A stretch of DNA of 32,000 nucleotides from Tannockella kyphosi (GTDB taxonomy: Bacteria > Bacillota_I > Bacilli_A > Erysipelotrichales > Coprobacillaceae), in the NCBI RefSeq assembly GCF_021054785.1, contig NZ_CP088239.1:1650001-1682000 (forward strand), in the 5' to 3' direction. Every line of letters starts with the position of its first letter. Position 1 is the stretch's first letter. Below the pieces are notes generated by a model. It was given only the letters and a program-made list of their open reading frames with translations, was not told where the DNA came from and did no database searches. Made by a program: the position numbers and the translations under genes. This document shows positions 1-11,800 of this stretch, one piece after another.

Positions 1-1712
1 AAAGCATTAAAAATAACTCTATTTCCTAGGGCATCTACTACTTCTTGACTTACTAGTATTTGATTTGCTTGCGCATTTGATTCTAAACGAGATGCAGTAT
101 TTACCGTATCACCAATAGCCGTATAGTCTAAATGCCTAACACTACCAATATTACCAACGACTGCTTCTCCTATATGTACACCGACACCTACCATAAAGGG
201 ATGTCCGTATTTTTCTAACGTATATTTATTACTTTCTTTACATGCTTCTCTTAGTTCTACTGCACATTTCACTGCACGATAGATATAATCATCTACATCA
301 AATGGTGAATTAAAGACAGCCATTGCTGCATCACCCATAAACTTATCTACTGTACCTAAGTTATCAAAGATAACATTGGTAATAATATTGAAATGACCAT
401 TTAATATGTCTACTACTTCTTCTGGTGATAATCTTTCAGATAGTGTAGTAAATCCTCGAACATCAATAAATAATACAGCTATATGTTTTGTTTGACTATT
501 TACTTGTTCTAAGTCTTCTTTGTTTGCAATTACTTTTTTTACTACTTGTGGAGATACATAAGTTTCAAACATTTGAATCGTTTCTCTTTGTTTTTTTCTT
601 ACCACAAAGTAACTAAATACTGTATAAAGTACCCATACTAAAAAGCTAATTACTGGTAGTACTAATAATGGAATACTTAATCCATTATTATATAAAGTCT
701 TACAAGCTATAAAATAAATAATATTAATAACAACAGTAGTCATTGCTCCCTTAAGAACAGTGAAACTCATTACTAAATAACTAGAAACAAATATGAAAAC
801 AAACAAAATCAAACTATGTAACCAACTATCTATTGTTAATACTGTACTTCCATTTAAAATAGATTCAGCAATATTAATATGAATCTCTACTCCATACATC
901 TGCGTATCCATTTCTATTGCAACATTATAAGCATCTTGCATCCCTGATGCATGTGCTCCAACTAATACATAACAATCTTTAAAACTACGAACATCTACTG
1001 TTCCATCTAATACATCAATTAAAGATACTTCTTCATAGGTACAACTCTTAGCAACATAAGAAAAACCAAATACATTACTACTAGACATATTTATTTCTGG
1101 AATTTCTACTCCTGTATTTTCAGCAATTTGATTAGCTAAAATAGCTGCAAAACTATAATAAGTACTATCTTCATAATCAATACTATATAAAGATCTACGA
1201 ACTACAGAATCATCATCAATAATAGCGTTAGAAAATCCTTGTAATGTTACTTCTTGTAATGCACTAAAAGGTTCTTCAATAAATTCTACAGACATATTAT
1301 CTACATTAATAACTGCTTCTTCTACTTCTGTTATCGTATCTTCAAAAGATATTAAATTAACTACAGCAACATTACCAAAATCCTTAGCAGCATCTACAAA
1401 CGCTTGATCTCCATCTTCAGAAATAGTTCCTGAAAACAAAATATCGAAACCAATAAAATAAGGTGCATATTCTGTATCTAATATTTCAATTAACTGAGCA
1501 TATACACTACGATCCCAAGTACCAAAGGTACCTAGTGTATCTAATGTTTTTTGATCAATTTTAATTACTTTTATATTTGTATTAATAGCACTTTCTTCTT
1601 GATATACAGCATCTTGAACTTTTTGATCAAAATAGTAAAAAACATTACTATAAGAACAAAAACTTCCAATCAAAGCTATAAAAACACAAACAATTAGTTT
1701 TTGTATTCTCAT
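1..1712 (-). CDS. CHASE2 sensor domain-containing class III adenylate/guanylate cyclase; the C-terminal end runs off the window
   Basis: Absent from the ORF track because it is open at the window edge. I translated the minus strand by hand from the ATG at 1712..1710 (MRIQKLIVCVFIALIGSF...). CHASE2-like signature: IDQKTLDTLGTFGTWDRSVYAQLIEILD...FIGFDILFSG. Several hydrophobic helices follow. Cyclase homology motifs are present: IAVLFIDVRGFTTLSERL, VDKFMGDAAMAVF, AIGDTVNTASRLESNA. The start lies 2 nt after the GAF gene stop. Confidence 0.85.
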   Translation of the reverse strand, partial: MRIQKLIVCVFIALIGSFCSYSNVFYYFDQKVQDAVYQEESAINTNIKVIKIDQKTLDTLGTFGTWDRSVYAQLIEILDTEYAPYFIGFDILFSGTISEDGDQAFVDAAKDFGNVAVVNLISFEDTITEVEEAVINVDNMSVEFIEEPFSALQEVTLQGFSNAIIDDDSVVRRSLYSIDYEDSTYYSFAAILANQIAENTGVEIPEINMSSSNVFGFSYVAKSCTYEEVSLIDVLDGTVDVRSFKDCYVLVGAHASGMQDAYNVAIEMDTQMYGVEIHINIAESILNGSTVLTIDSWLHSLILFVFIFVSSYLVMSFTVLKGAMTTVVINIIYFIACKTLYNNGLSIPLLVLPVISFLVWVLYTVFSYFVVRKKQRETIQMFETYVSPQVVKKVIANKEDLEQVNSQTKHIAVLFIDVRGFTTLSERLSPEEVVDILNGHFNIITNVIFDNLGTVDKFMGDAAMAVFNSPFDVDDYIYRAVKCAVELREACKESNKYTLEKYGHPFMVGVGVHIGEAVVGNIGSVRHLDYTAIGDTVNTASRLESNAQANQILVSQEVVDALGNRVIFNA

Positions 1713-1714
1713 TT

Positions 1715-2113
1715 CTATAATTTGTCACAAATTAATTCAACAATATCTCTACAAATAGAAATATCTTTTTCTGTGAAATCACCTTCAGTTTTGTTTAATA
1801 ATTGCACACAACCATAAACTTCTTCTTGAACAATAATAGGTAAACAAATAATATTTTTACTAACAAATCCAGTAGCACTATCTGCTTTTTGATACCATCT
1901 AGGATCATTCACTAAATCATTGCTTATAATTTCTATATTTTCTGCAACACATTTACCACATAACCCTTGTCCTATTGGTAATTCTAAATCTCTTAGACCA
2001 TCTGTATGTTCTCCAAATAAAATATAAGGATAAATAACATCTCCTTCTACCATCCATACTGTTGCTGCTTCACAGCCAATTAATAATTGTAAATCATTGA
2101 TTTCTTGTTCCAT
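1715..2113 (-). CDS. Stand-alone GAF domain protein (132 aa)
   Basis: The ORF-track protein has a GAF-like core (LPIGQGLCGKCVAENIEIISNDLVNDPRW...ICLPIIVQEEVYGCVQLLNK). It carries an NK-x4-F-x3-D string (NKTEGDFTEKD) resembling the NKFDE motif of cNMP-binding GAF domains. GGGAGGAAA RBS upstream. Confidence 0.8.
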   Translation of the reverse strand: MEQEINDLQLLIGCEAATVWMVEGDVIYPYILFGEHTDGLRDLELPIGQGLCGKCVAENIEIISNDLVNDPRWYQKADSATGFVSKNIICLPIIVQEEVYGCVQLLNKTEGDFTEKDISICRDIVELICDKL

Positions 2114-2129
2114 CTTTCTTTCCTCCCAC

Positions 2130-2834
2130 TTATAAAGACATGAAAAAATCTAACCAAAAACTCGCATAAACACTAATTATTAACCCCATTAATAATGCAC
2201 TTGGTTTTATTTTGTTTTTCAATTTATCATTGAAAACAAAATAAATCACTATTGGAAGTATCACTAATAATGGATTGATAACATAACATAATCCTATTAC
2301 TAAAATATAAATCTTTAATAAACTATCTTTTGTTTCAAAAGGATTTCCTATCATATAACCTGTATTCGTTAATACTCGATAGGTAACATAGGTTGGTTGC
2401 CACATAATAGCAAAAAACAAAATATACCTACAAACCTCTATATTCACATTACTAACACCTAACTGTGATGCAAACATATCACAAAATAAGAATGTTAAAA
2501 AATAATGAATATGTTGATCAGCCATGTATAAAAACTTACCATATTTAACAAACCCAATCCCTTTTGCCATTAACTCATCTTTATTAATTGTAATATACGA
2601 CTTTATGAAATCCACTATTGCATGTGATAAGGATATTACAGTAGCTAGCATAAAACTAGCCACTGTAATTCCTAAAAACAAACACCCTGCATAATGAATC
2701 AAAGTATATAATACACAATGTAAGAAAGTGTAATAGTATTCTGATGATTTCCCATTTGCAATTTCCCCAGTAGTTAAAATATAATCACCTAAGAAATGTG
2801 CGATAAACATTACAAATAATGCTTGTGTTAACAT
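2130..2834 (-). CDS. Polytopic membrane protein, DUF3307-like
   Basis: 234 aa with about 7 hydrophobic segments. The N-terminal HFLGDYILTT motif resembles my memory of the DUF3307 signature (H-x-x-x-D-F/Y). GAGGG RBS. The gap to the giant gene is 14 nt. Confidence 0.5.
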   Translation of the reverse strand: MLTQALFVMFIAHFLGDYILTTGEIANGKSSEYYYTFLHCVLYTLIHYAGCLFLGITVASFMLATVISLSHAIVDFIKSYITINKDELMAKGIGFVKYGKFLYMADQHIHYFLTFLFCDMFASQLGVSNVNIEVCRYILFFAIMWQPTYVTYRVLTNTGYMIGNPFETKDSLLKIYILVIGLCYVINPLLVILPIVIYFVFNDKLKNKIKPSALLMGLIISVYASFWLDFFMSL

Positions 2835-2848
2835 AATACCCTCACTTT

Positions 2849-5800
2849 CTATAGAATATCTTTTTCTTTGTTACTTTTTTTCAAGTACACCAATAATCCT
2901 CCAACACTAACTGAAAGTACTGCAAAGATAACAATATTTACTGTATTATCTTTTGCCTCACTAACATAAGATGTTGTTACTACAAGGTTATTTAATGTTC
3001 CTTGGTAACCTGCTTCACTGGCTACTTCTATTTTTTCTTGCACACTTGTAACTTCTTCACTAGCTGTGCTAATAAGCTCAGCTATGAAATAAGTTTCAAA
3101 TGATAATACTTCTTCATTGTAAATAGAGACTGTTCCACCACTTGATGAACCGCTAGTACCACTTGTACTATCACTTTGAATAGCATCTATATCTGACTGA
3201 CTAGCATCTTCAATAGCATCTTCCATATTTTGACTATCTTCATAAGATGCACCATAATCCACATCATCAGAATCATCACTACTAAATACACCAGTGATTA
3301 AATTCCATGCATAACCGATAAGTGAAATAGATGTACTCTCTGATAGTTCTATTTCTTCACCAGTAGAATAATCAAATGCGATAACTTCTCCAGTTTCATA
3401 ACGGATCAACATTACGTGAACATTTGCACTTTGGTCAAAACTATCTGTTATTTCAACAATGCCTGTTAAATCAATTCCTTCAGGAATATGTAAAGTATCA
3501 TTTAAATCAATTAAACTTCCATTTCCATTTACATATACCTTATAAACTTCATCATTATAATTATCTGCAATTAAATTAACACTCGTTTTATTTGCATCTC
3601 CATCAAAACCATACACATTCCCATTCTTAACAAAAATCACTTCATCAATAACTAGAGCTTCTGTTTGATTATATGTAAATGTTGAATATGTATATAATTT
3701 ATTACCTTCATACTCACTTTCGTACAATGCAACAGAATCTTTCAATATCAAGTTATTATCAATTGTTTCAATAATAGTTTGTGTACTAAGATCATAAACA
3801 TTACCTTCACTATCAAGTGCATAATCATCAAAAATATGAACCAAGTCTCCGACTATCGTTTCACCTGAACTATCCGTAACACCTTCAACTGATAAATAAT
3901 AGAAGTTGTTTCCATAAGTTGAAATAAGTGATTGTAAATCTTCCACTTCATAATTAGTAGTAGCTTCCTCATTTCCGTTCATTAGAGTAATCGTTATATC
4001 ATCCCCAAAATCATAAGATAAGGTCATAACACGACCAGTAACATCATATGTCACTGTATCTCCACCACTACTTACTTTAATTTGATAGTTATTCGTATCA
4101 TCTTCATAAGCAACACTATCATCAAATTCAATATTTATACTATCGATTCCCGAAGCATAAACTGTATAATCTGGTAAATCAACTACATTTAACATCAACA
4201 TGCTAAAGAGTGAATTTGTGGCTGCTATATTAATTGAAATAGGTGTGTAATTATCTGTTGAATCTCTGCTTATCATAGCTAAAGCAGTCCCATTAAATAC
4301 TAAATTACCACTATACGTATTTGAAATACCTGTTGTTTGGCTATAAGTATATCCTGATTGATATGGATATAATGACGTTGTACTAGATGAAATCATTGGT
4401 GTGTATAAATAAGTTTCATAAACAAACATTTCTGTTCGAACATCAGGATTTTCCGCAGTATTTATTGCAAAATAAATACCTGGTATATCCGTTGTTAAAC
4501 TATTTCCAGCCGCAAAACTTGTTACATCTACTTTCGTTGATTCACTGTAACCTTGTCCATCATACAAACGGTACCAAGTGTATGTTCCAGTTCCATCATC
4601 ATCATCATCATTAACAGTTAATGTGATTTCTTCATTGCTAGTACTTGATTTATAATTTGATGCTACTCCATCTACTAAAATATCTACATATGAGTAACTT
4701 GTATTAGAATCTGAGTTAAAGAACTCACTAGTTAATGTAGTACCAGTACTATCTTTAATAGTTACTGTAAAGTCATTACTTACAGAAGTTCCCCAAGTAT
4801 AACTTGCAGAATTATTTGCTACATTCAATGTTTCTGTTATTGTAGTAGAGCCATTTGTAATAACAAATGTATAATCTCCTGTTAAGTTAATGTTATTAAA
4901 CTCTAACACATAATTAGAATCGGTATCTTTTGTTAAAATAATGTCAAAACTTCCTAAAGATCCAGTGTTTGGAAGGTAACTTAAGAAATAAGATGTTGAG
5001 TAATTAAGACCAGTTGATACACCACTATTTACAAATGAATAACTACTAACTTCTTCGAAAGAAACTAATGAGAATTCCTCTTCTGTTACATTTGAAACTT
5101 GGCTTTCAGTAATAGTAGATCCATTAATTAGTACTTCATCATAACTTACAATTGTTCCATAATGAGTAGGATAAATACAATCTAAACTTGAATATCCATT
5201 TTCTGTAACATCATCTTCAACATAACCAACACCATAAACATTATCATTACCAGAAACATCACTATAGTTCACCAAACTAAATAAGTAACGATATGTTGTT
5301 GTAGGACTTGTATAGTCTGTACGATAATATCCAAAGATACCACCAACATAATCATTCCCACTAACAGTAGTATCACTATATGATCTATAGAATTGCCCGT
5401 TATAATTTTCATTGTCATTCAAATAGAAATGATCCACTAATCCAATCAATCCACCTGTATAGTCACCTGAATTAGATGTTACACTACCACCAGTAACATA
5501 ACTATATTGAACTGTTTCTGTTGTTATTTCTCCTGCTAATCCTCCAGCATATCCTTGCTCTGCATAAATGATACTATCACTTACAAAGCTTCTATATATG
5601 CTAGATCCATAAGAATAAATATAACTTGCCAAACCACCAGCATGACTACCACTAGTTGCCGTTATATTCGTATCTAAAACTGCTGAATAATAAACTGCAC
5701 CATACGCTTGAGATATTGAATCGTTTGAATATGTATAGTTCCCTATAAAACCACTTAAACCACCTGCATATTGAGCAGCTTGCACATCACTATCAAAGAC

Positions 5801-8800
5801 ATAAGTATAGAACATTTGATAAGTTCGTCCACCAATACCTCCTGCATAGCTTTCACTTGCAGTAACATCTACATCATAGACATTCAAATAATATGTTTCT
5901 CCAGATACATATCCTCCAATACCACCAACCATTCTTACTCCAGAAACAGTGATATCTCGAACATCAGCATCACGTACTGTACCATGCCCAACAACACCAC
6001 CAACTTGATATTGTCCTGTGACACTAATACCATCGATGGAATACCCAGTTAAATCATCGTTACTAATCGTTGTTGAAGTATAACCTGCCACACCACCAAT
6101 ACGATAACCTAACGCTTCTAAGTCTTCACTTAAGCCATCTGTATGATACATCCCATTAACTTTTACATTTGTTGCAGATATAGATAAGTTAGAGATATTA
6201 TTACTACTCCCTACTACACCACCAACATATGCCGCACCTGTTACTGTTACATTATCTACTGAAATTGAACTCAAATCTACTAAGGATGTGTCTACTTTAT
6301 TAATATAGCCAACAATACCTCCAATACGATACCCGTTTTCCACTTCAACTGTCACATTACTAGCAGTTACATTTTGTATACCACTAGTTGTATAACCAAC
6401 TACAGCCCCTGTATAAACGGAACGATAAATATCGCTATATGTATGCATTTTAATTGTAACAGTATCGACTGTTACATTGCTAATAAGGCCATAAGCAGAT
6501 GAAATCATACCTGCATTTGTTGAATTAGCGTTTTCAACATATATTGAATTCTCTGTGAAAACTAAGTTGTCACTAGTACCTTGCACTACTCCTATAAAAC
6601 CAATATTAGACTGTGCACTAGTAGAAGTAGAATTTATTGTTGAACTGCTAATAGTAATATTACTAAAGCTTGCATAGATAGTACTTACTAAATTATCATC
6701 CGTTGTATCATCTAACTGAATATTTTTTAATTCAGCCAAGCTACTTCCATCGTAACTTAATAAACCATCAAGTCTATTTAATGATAAGCCATCAAGTACG
6801 TCATAACCTTCTTCATAATATTCAGCGAAATCAATTGAACTTGTGATTTGAATATTTTCATTTGTATATCCATGGTCACTCATAATATTGTACCATTCAT
6901 CCGTAGACCCTATTGTCCAATATACAGTTATTCCATAGTCAACAACAGATACTAGTTCAACCAGATCACTAGAATCAGTATTAGAAATTAAAGTAGCTGT
7001 AATAAGATATAAGTCAAATGCACTCTCTTTTGTAGATTCAATATATACAACAGTTGCAGTTCCACTCGAATTTGTAGTATACGTTACATTAGCCTCAGCC
7101 ATTCCATCAATAATAACCGGGTAGATCTCTTCATCAATATAATACCCTTCATGTTCTATTCGAATAGTTGATACATAGTATTGATTGTTATATTCAGCGT
7201 CAGTAATTTGCATATTAATAGAACCATTATTTACATAATTATCTACCTGATTATCAAGTAACTCACCATTTGTATCATAAAGCTTTGGTAATAATGCATC
7301 AGAAACTTCACTATAATCAAATTCAGAACCCATAACAATCGTATTAACATAAGTACTTTCAACTTGTAATTCTTCATATGTTAAAATACCATCTGTATAA
7401 TCAGCTCCAGGATCATTACTGTTTATTGTTTGTCCTTCATACCCGTAATTGTTATCTGCATAATACCAGTTATCAATAGCAGCAATTCTATGTGTATAAG
7501 TTGGCTCTTCTTGCATAATAACAATACTTCCTAATGCTAAACAGTCCGTTACATAAGCTGCCGAAGAACTTCCTGAAATACCTCCATTAAAGTCTCCACT
7601 AGCCACAATTAGAACATCTGTCCAACAATTTGTAATAATTGGTGCCCCAAGTCCGATAATTCCTCCATTATATGAAGGGTTTTCGATACGACCTACAGCA
7701 TAACAGTTTTCTATAGAACCACCTGATGCATTACCAACAATTCCACCAATAGCCATTGTTTGTGTAAGATCTAAATCATGTGTTGAAATATAAAAATCTT
7801 GAACATAGCAATTAGATATTATACTATAATTTGTATTTGCAATTAAACCACCCGCAGTATACGGAGAATCTAAAGAACCATTTGTTAATGTTACATTACT
7901 AGCACTACAATTAGTAATGGTACATCCCCAAACTTGTCTTGCTAAAGTACAGCCATCATAATTGGAAACAAAATCAACTGTATCAAAATGTATATTATCT
8001 AATGTTGAATAATATGAATAGAAAATAATACCCGTATCATTACCTGATTCTTTATCCCAAGATAAATTTTCAAAATTAATATTAGAAATAGTAGCATACT
8101 GTAGTTTATAGAATAGTAGTGCAGAACCACTAAATTGTGATGAAGTTAAATCAATATTTTTGATTGTATAATTGTTGCTTGTTAACTCACCATAAGCATT
8201 ATAAATACCACCATCAAATGTCCCATAGAAAGTATTACTAACATATACTTCATTAGTCCAGTTTCCATCAAAATCAGCAAAATCAATATCTGAAGTTAAC
8301 CTGAAATTCCATGTCGTATGATTTTCCATTTCTACAAAGTCACTTATTTCATCAATTGAATAATAGAATGAAACATCAAGTGCTTGATTTACAGACACTT
8401 CCACTGATAAACTACCTGAACTATAAACAAAGTTCTCCAGTGTATATTCATCAATATAATTAGGATCAGTTGTATCCATTGATAACTTTACAGTAACAAT
8501 ATAGAAGTCATCTCTAAGTGCTTGCGTTGTTACAGATGCATTTAAGCCATCCACACTAACAGAACTAATATAAGTATTAGATGGATTATAGAAAACAAAT
8601 TCCATCGTAGTATATTCTAAAGTTTCTAATGTAATTGTTGAATATAAATATTCTGGTCTAATTACAGTGTCTAATTCTGGTAATTCTATGTATACTTGTT
8701 TATCATACATACTACTATCTAAATCAAGTATTGGATAGAATCCTTGGCTAACCATTTCATCAACAATAAAGTTGTTATCCTCGTTAAATGCAATATCATA

Positions 8801-11800
8801 CCATTCTGAATCATATAAGTTTTCTACTTCTATATATTCACTATACATAACTTCATATGTTTGATATTCAGAAAGTAAATAAACATTTTCAAAAGAATCA
8901 TCAAAATGAATACTTCCTGAAAGTGAGCTAAAGAGAGGATCTTCTTCGTTAGTGAATCCCATATCAATAATCACACCACTAGGATCATAATAGAATTCAT
9001 ATCTAGTAGAAACAGCAAAAATATTTGTAAATCTGCCCTCTCCATCCACTGAAATAACTCCAGAATACCATGTTTCATCAGAAGCTTGATCATAGTTACT
9101 AGAAATATCACAAATAGCATACACATTTTCTACAACAGAATTAGTTGTAGTATAATACGTTAAAACACCCGCATTATCATGTAAGTATACAGATGCATCT
9201 TCATCCGTATTATAAATATAACCATTTGATATCGTTCCGTTGTTATAACGTACAAATACTGCACTATTTTCACCATCTTCTTCATTATAGAAGAAAGTAT
9301 CCCCATTAAATTCAATAATGAAATTATCAATAACACCATTTTGCGTATTATTATCAATTAAGTTAGATAAAACTGGGGAATCAATGCTCTTATTAATTGT
9401 ATATTTAATATTACTTAGCGTTCCATAGTTTGTATTTAAGAATGTTCGACAAACATCTCCATCCTCAATAATAATTTCTACGTTCCTTATTTCTCCTCCA
9501 ATATATAAATCTTGGAAAAGCGCTTCATTTGTTGTACCACTACGAGTTAAAGTAATAGAATATCCTTGGAAATCTAATATACCTCCAAAATAAATATAAT
9601 TGGTTGTAGTTCCTTCATCTTCTCGAATATCATTAACTACATAGTAAGTAGCGTAACGATCCATTTCAATTTCTTCAAAATCATTGATACTATCAATGAA
9701 TTTAATAGTATTATCGGTTTCAAATGTAACAGAATCCAGTACTACTGTACGTCCATGATACTCTATTGAAATCTCATATTTATATGCTTTATTACTATTT
9801 ACCGTCTCCGTAGAGAAGATATCAACATCTATATTACCAGTACCATCATATTCTAATGTCTCAATATGTTCATAAGAAATATCACTTGTTTCATATGTTT
9901 GTCCTGTAACAATTTCTGCTTCATATTTCGTAATTGTATATGTCGTATCTGAATTATATTCATTCAATAAGAAGAAAGCATCATCTCGAGTATCTTCTAA
10001 AGTCCAATGTAACGTAGCTTGAGTCGATATAGAATCTTCTCCATAAAGTGTATCTGTCTGTGACAATCGTCCCATTCTAAATACAGATGTTCCTCCTAAT
10101 GATGTTGTATCCAGCATCACTCGAACATATGCTGCACCCGAAGGTACTTGTGCCGTTCCGTGAGAACCACTATAAAATGTGTTTTCTGTTGCTAGATAAT
10201 TGTAATTTTCATCATAAAAATACAATCGATAAGTCACTGATGATTTTATTTCTAAAAACTCAGATGCCGTAACTTCTAGGTATCCTGTTGAAGAATAGGT
10301 TGCACTCGTATAGTCGGCACTCGCCGCTCCAACTTGAACATCTAAAACGAAGTCAGAAGAATCAACACTAATATCAAGTATTGTATCCACATTTTCTTCA
10401 GTGTATTGATAATAATAAGCTTCTTCTAGGTTATCCATAAATCCAGTTACACGAATGTGTGTAGCTGTTTTATAATTAAATTGTGAGGAAGAAATATAAT
10501 TACTAATTGAAACCATACCTGTTCTTTGCACAGTAGATGAAAGCTCACCTACAAGTGTGTATACACCGGTACTATCATCATAAGAGTAGAAAGCAATATA
10601 TATTACTTCTGCATAATCACCAAAATTCACAAAAGTACTATAATAACTACTATTACAATTATACTCTAAGTAATCCGTAGTAAAATATTCATCCCAACCT
10701 TCTTCTTCCACTTCGTTAGTAGAAACATTATATCCAGCATTTTCTTGAATATCCACACTACTAGCAACATATCCATAATCACCTGATGTATTAATAGTAT
10801 CGTAGTTATATGACACATTATATAATTCTATTGCTGCTATTAATCCTTCTTCGTAACTAAAAGAAAATTCTTTTATAACAACTTGTGATTGTAATAAATC
10901 ATCATCAAAAGTTAAATTATATTCTTCTGCTACAAATGCAAGGGTATAGACATGCCCTTCTGATAAACAGTCAAAACGAATATCTTCCACTGTACTAACA
11001 TTTAGAGTAATCGTATTTACTAAAGCCCCATCTTCATATAATTGTGCTGAATACACACCATCTGTAATGACATCATGAATATCAGTAACTTCCAAATTAT
11101 AGATTTCTAAAATACTACCTGCAATAAAATAATCTTCATAATAAATAGTTGGTTCCTGTTTTAATGTTTCAAATTCATCATCCGTAACAGATGTTGTAAC
11201 ACTAAACGCATTAGATCCTAAATCTGCCATACTAGTCATTTCATATTCATAAACAGAAGCAGCTAATAATGTGCCCTGCAATAATTCAACAGATATTGTC
11301 CCTGCATTAACATCATTTGAACCATATAAACCACTATTTAAGAATGTTTGCCAAACACCATTTGTTTCTAATGCTTCTTTTGAAGCATATAGTAATACCC
11401 GTGGTGTTGATTCACTTTCGTCACCTTCTACAATAACTAGTGCACCTAATTCTTCATCATAGTTTTGTTCTATATTTACACTATTAAACATGTCATCTGT
11501 ATATGTATATGATAAAGACTGTCCATCAGTTTCAAAATACATTGTAAAATCAGTTAATAAAGTAATTAAACTTGACGATGAATTTTGAGAAAGAGACATT
11601 GTAACAGTTGCAGTAGTACCGCCAATGTTTATAAACTCATTATTGTAAGTAATACTCCCAACTGGAATAGAGGCAGTATAAAATGATAATTCACCTATCA
11701 ACATATCTTCTTGATCACCTTGATTATCCTCTAGGTTATAACTTCCATATGCATAAGCACTTACTGTTGAAGAATACGGTAAATTAGTAATAGTAAGATA

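Noticed and set aside
4387-4614. 75-aa + strand ORF ending in a His run, and the similar antisense or alternate-frame ORFs at 5771-6052, 9160-9357, 10087-10272, 11271-11462, 12735-12926 and 13340-13528
   Set aside because: All lie entirely inside the 3577-aa gene. Their low-complexity translations are mirror images of its repeats (for example, the His run is antisense to the DDDDD codons). None has an RBS or a recognisable fold signature.
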